DNA from: Flavobacteriales bacterium
GTDB taxonomy: Bacteria > Bacteroidota > Bacteroidia > Flavobacteriales_C > GCA-002722245
Length of the DNA stretch: 59,024 nt
Assembly (NCBI GenBank): GCA_045561495.1
Contig: JBJKXR010000004.1
Coordinates: 1-59,024, forward strand
Direction of reading: 5' to 3'
Part shown: positions 57,512 through 59,024 of the stretch, piece by piece
How the letters are laid out: every line of letters begins with the position of its first letter
Position numbering within the stretch: position 1 is the first letter of the stretch
Program-made: the position numbers and the translations under genes
The notes under the pieces: model-generated
Database searches by the model: none
What the model saw: only the letters and a program-made list of their open reading frames with translations
What the model was told of the DNA's origin: nothing

Positions 57512-59024
57512 ATGATGCAATTTGAAATTGAAAAATCAGAAAGCTCCATCATCAAAGTATTTGGTGTTGGAGGAGGTGGTTCCAATGCGGTAAACCACAT
57601 GTACAAGGCAGGTATCAAAGGTGTTGATTTTTTTATATGCAACACTGATGAACAGTCTCTTGAAATGAGCCCTGTTCCTAATAAGATTCAATTGGGATTA
57701 AACCTAACAGGAGGTCGAGGAGCAGGATCCATTGCTGAGGTAGGAAAAAATGCTGCAATTGAAAATGTTGATGAAATAAAAGACATTTTAGAAAAAGACA
57801 CTAAAATGCTTTTCATTACCGCCGGTATGGGCGGGGGTACAGGTACAGGAGCTGCACCAATTATTGCAAGACTTGCCAAAGAATTAGGCATTCTTACAGT
57901 TGCAATAGTTACTTATCCATTCGGATTTGAAGGAAGAAAAAGGTCAAGTCAAGCCGATTGTGGATTAGAAGAATTAAGAGACTCTGTAGATACTTGCGTA
58001 ATTATCTGCAATGATAAATTAAGAGAGATTTATGGGAATCTATCCCTGTCTGATGCGTTCGCAAAAGCTGATGATATACTAACAACGGCTTCAAAAGGCA
58101 TTGCAGAAATTATAACGAGAACGGGATACATAAATGTTGATTTTGAAGATGTAAGGACTGTTATGACCGATAGTGGTGTAGCGATTATGGGGTCATCCCT
58201 AGCTTCTGGTGAAAACAGAGCAATTAAAGCTGCCCAAGAGGCCTTAGAGTCGCCTTTATTGAATGACAATAATATTGAAGGGGCAAACTATATCCTGTTA
58301 AACATTACATCAGGTAACAACGAAGTAATGATGGATGAGATATCTCAAATTACAGATTATATTCAAGATGAGGCGGGCTTATCTGCCGATATTATATGGG
58401 GTACTGGTAGAGATGAAGAGTTAGGGGATAATATTTCTATAACCCTAATTGCGACTGGTTTTGAAGCCAATAAGTCAATAGGTGGTATTCAAACTGAAAA
58501 GAAAAAAGAAAAAGTAATTCACGATCTTAAAATTGATGAGAATGCTGATTCAAAAGGACAAGAGGTTAAAAATACGCTTCAAGAGCAAAGTATTCCTTTG
58601 GAGCCTGAATTAAAAACTTTTGATGCCCCAAAAGTGGAACAAATTAAAATGGAGTTGGACGTCCCTGTGGTAGAAAAAACAGTTGATTTTCAAAATCACG
58701 ATGCGATTAGTTTAGAAGCTTCTGAAGAAGCATCAATGGATGTCACAGAATCGCCCAAAATAGTTCATAATTTATATGAAGATATAGATGCAAATAATGA
58801 TTCAAGAGAAGAGTCTGATGGTCAAGTTATATCAGAAGAAAATAAGTTTTCTTTTGCATCAAGTGAGGAAGAGTCAAAAGAAGATTCTAGTTTTGAGCCA
58901 AGCTTTAATGAAATTTCTCCTTCTTCAAATCCAACGTTTACTGAATCAACTCCTATTCAACATGAGGAGAAGTTTACTTTTGCTGATGAGTTAGATTCAG
59001 AAGAAAGATTAAAAAGGTCGCAAC
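57512..59024 (+). CDS. ftsZ: Cell division GTPase FtsZ (3' end beyond the window)
   Basis: Not in the ORF track because it has no stop in the window. ATG 57512 gives MMQFEIEKSESSIIKVFGVGGGGSNAVNHM...GMGGGTGTGAAP (tubulin signature). It is then open through a long acidic linker to the window edge. Confidence 0.93.
   Translation, partial: MMQFEIEKSESSIIKVFGVGGGGSNAVNHMYKAGIKGVDFFICNTDEQSLEMSPVPNKIQLGLNLTGGRGAGSIAEVGKNAAIENVDEIKDILEKDTKMLFITAGMGGGTGTGAAPIIARLAKELGILTVAIVTYPFGFEGRKRSSQADCGLEELRDSVDTCVIICNDKLREIYGNLSLSDAFAKADDILTTASKGIAEIITRTGYINVDFEDVRTVMTDSGVAIMGSSLASGENRAIKAAQEALESPLLNDNNIEGANYILLNITSGNNEVMMDEISQITDYIQDEAGLSADIIWGTGRDEELGDNISITLIATGFEANKSIGGIQTEKKKEKVIHDLKIDENADSKGQEVKNTLQEQSIPLEPELKTFDAPKVEQIKMELDVPVVEKTVDFQNHDAISLEASEEASMDVTESPKIVHNLYEDIDANNDSREESDGQVISEENKFSFASSEEESKEDSSFEPSFNEISPSSNPTFTESTPIQHEEKFTFADELDSEERLKRSQ

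Noticed and set aside
56148-58269. Several minus-strand ORFs (101, 69, 67, 67 and 79 aa) opposite ftsA and ftsZ
   Set aside because: They are shadow frames of highly conserved genes. The Pro/Ala/Ile-rich runs mirror the Gly-rich FtsA/FtsZ motifs.
58480-59024. Very long acidic, low-complexity C-terminal extension of FtsZ
   Set aside because: Long disordered linkers before the C-terminal peptide are common in Bacteroidota FtsZ. The gene is also truncated by the window edge, so nothing can be concluded.
1-59024. Search for CRISPR arrays, IS elements, integrases, prophage, toxin-antitoxin pairs or known defence genes
   Set aside because: No spaced direct-repeat array was seen, no transposase, integrase or phage-like ORFs, and no non-coding stretch longer than about 440 bp. 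The window reads as core chromosome.

Overview
This is a 59-kb chromosomal segment from a low-GC Bacteroidota genome, probably Flavobacteriia-like. That assignment is inferred from four things: scattered gliding/T9SS genes (gldA, gldB, gldC and a gldM-like gene), recurrent TAnnTTTG -7 promoter boxes, no obvious Shine-Dalgarno use, and a dcw cluster lacking murF and ddl. The content is almost entirely housekeeping. It includes hemC and a disrupted hemD, an aldehyde dehydrogenase, radA, panD, tRNA-Cys, mrp/nfu, korAB, an MMPL exporter operon with a disrupted rfbA, dnaG, nadE, aroQ, dtd, rsgA, metK, mfd and engB. It ends with a complete mraZ-to-ftsZ division/cell-wall cluster, with ftsZ running off the 3' edge. 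I saw no CRISPR array, rRNA, transposase, integrase or prophage genes, and no recognisable defence system. The most unusual items are listed below. (1) A stand-alone paralog of only the MurD C-terminal domain, plus a 43-codon membrane micro-ORF, sits between murD and ftsW. (2) A CheY-like receiver gene is followed by an orphan gldM/porM-like motor gene with no gldK/L/N, with a 20-bp palindrome in front and its own terminator behind. (3) A phased GTGGT repeat array upstream of mraZ looks like an MraZ operator. (4) Two frame disruptions, in hemD and rfbA, sit at simple repeats. (5) Several palindromic operator candidates and two promoter boxes lie only 4 nt from their start codons. All product calls rest on my recognition of motifs in the translated ORFs. 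No database search was run.
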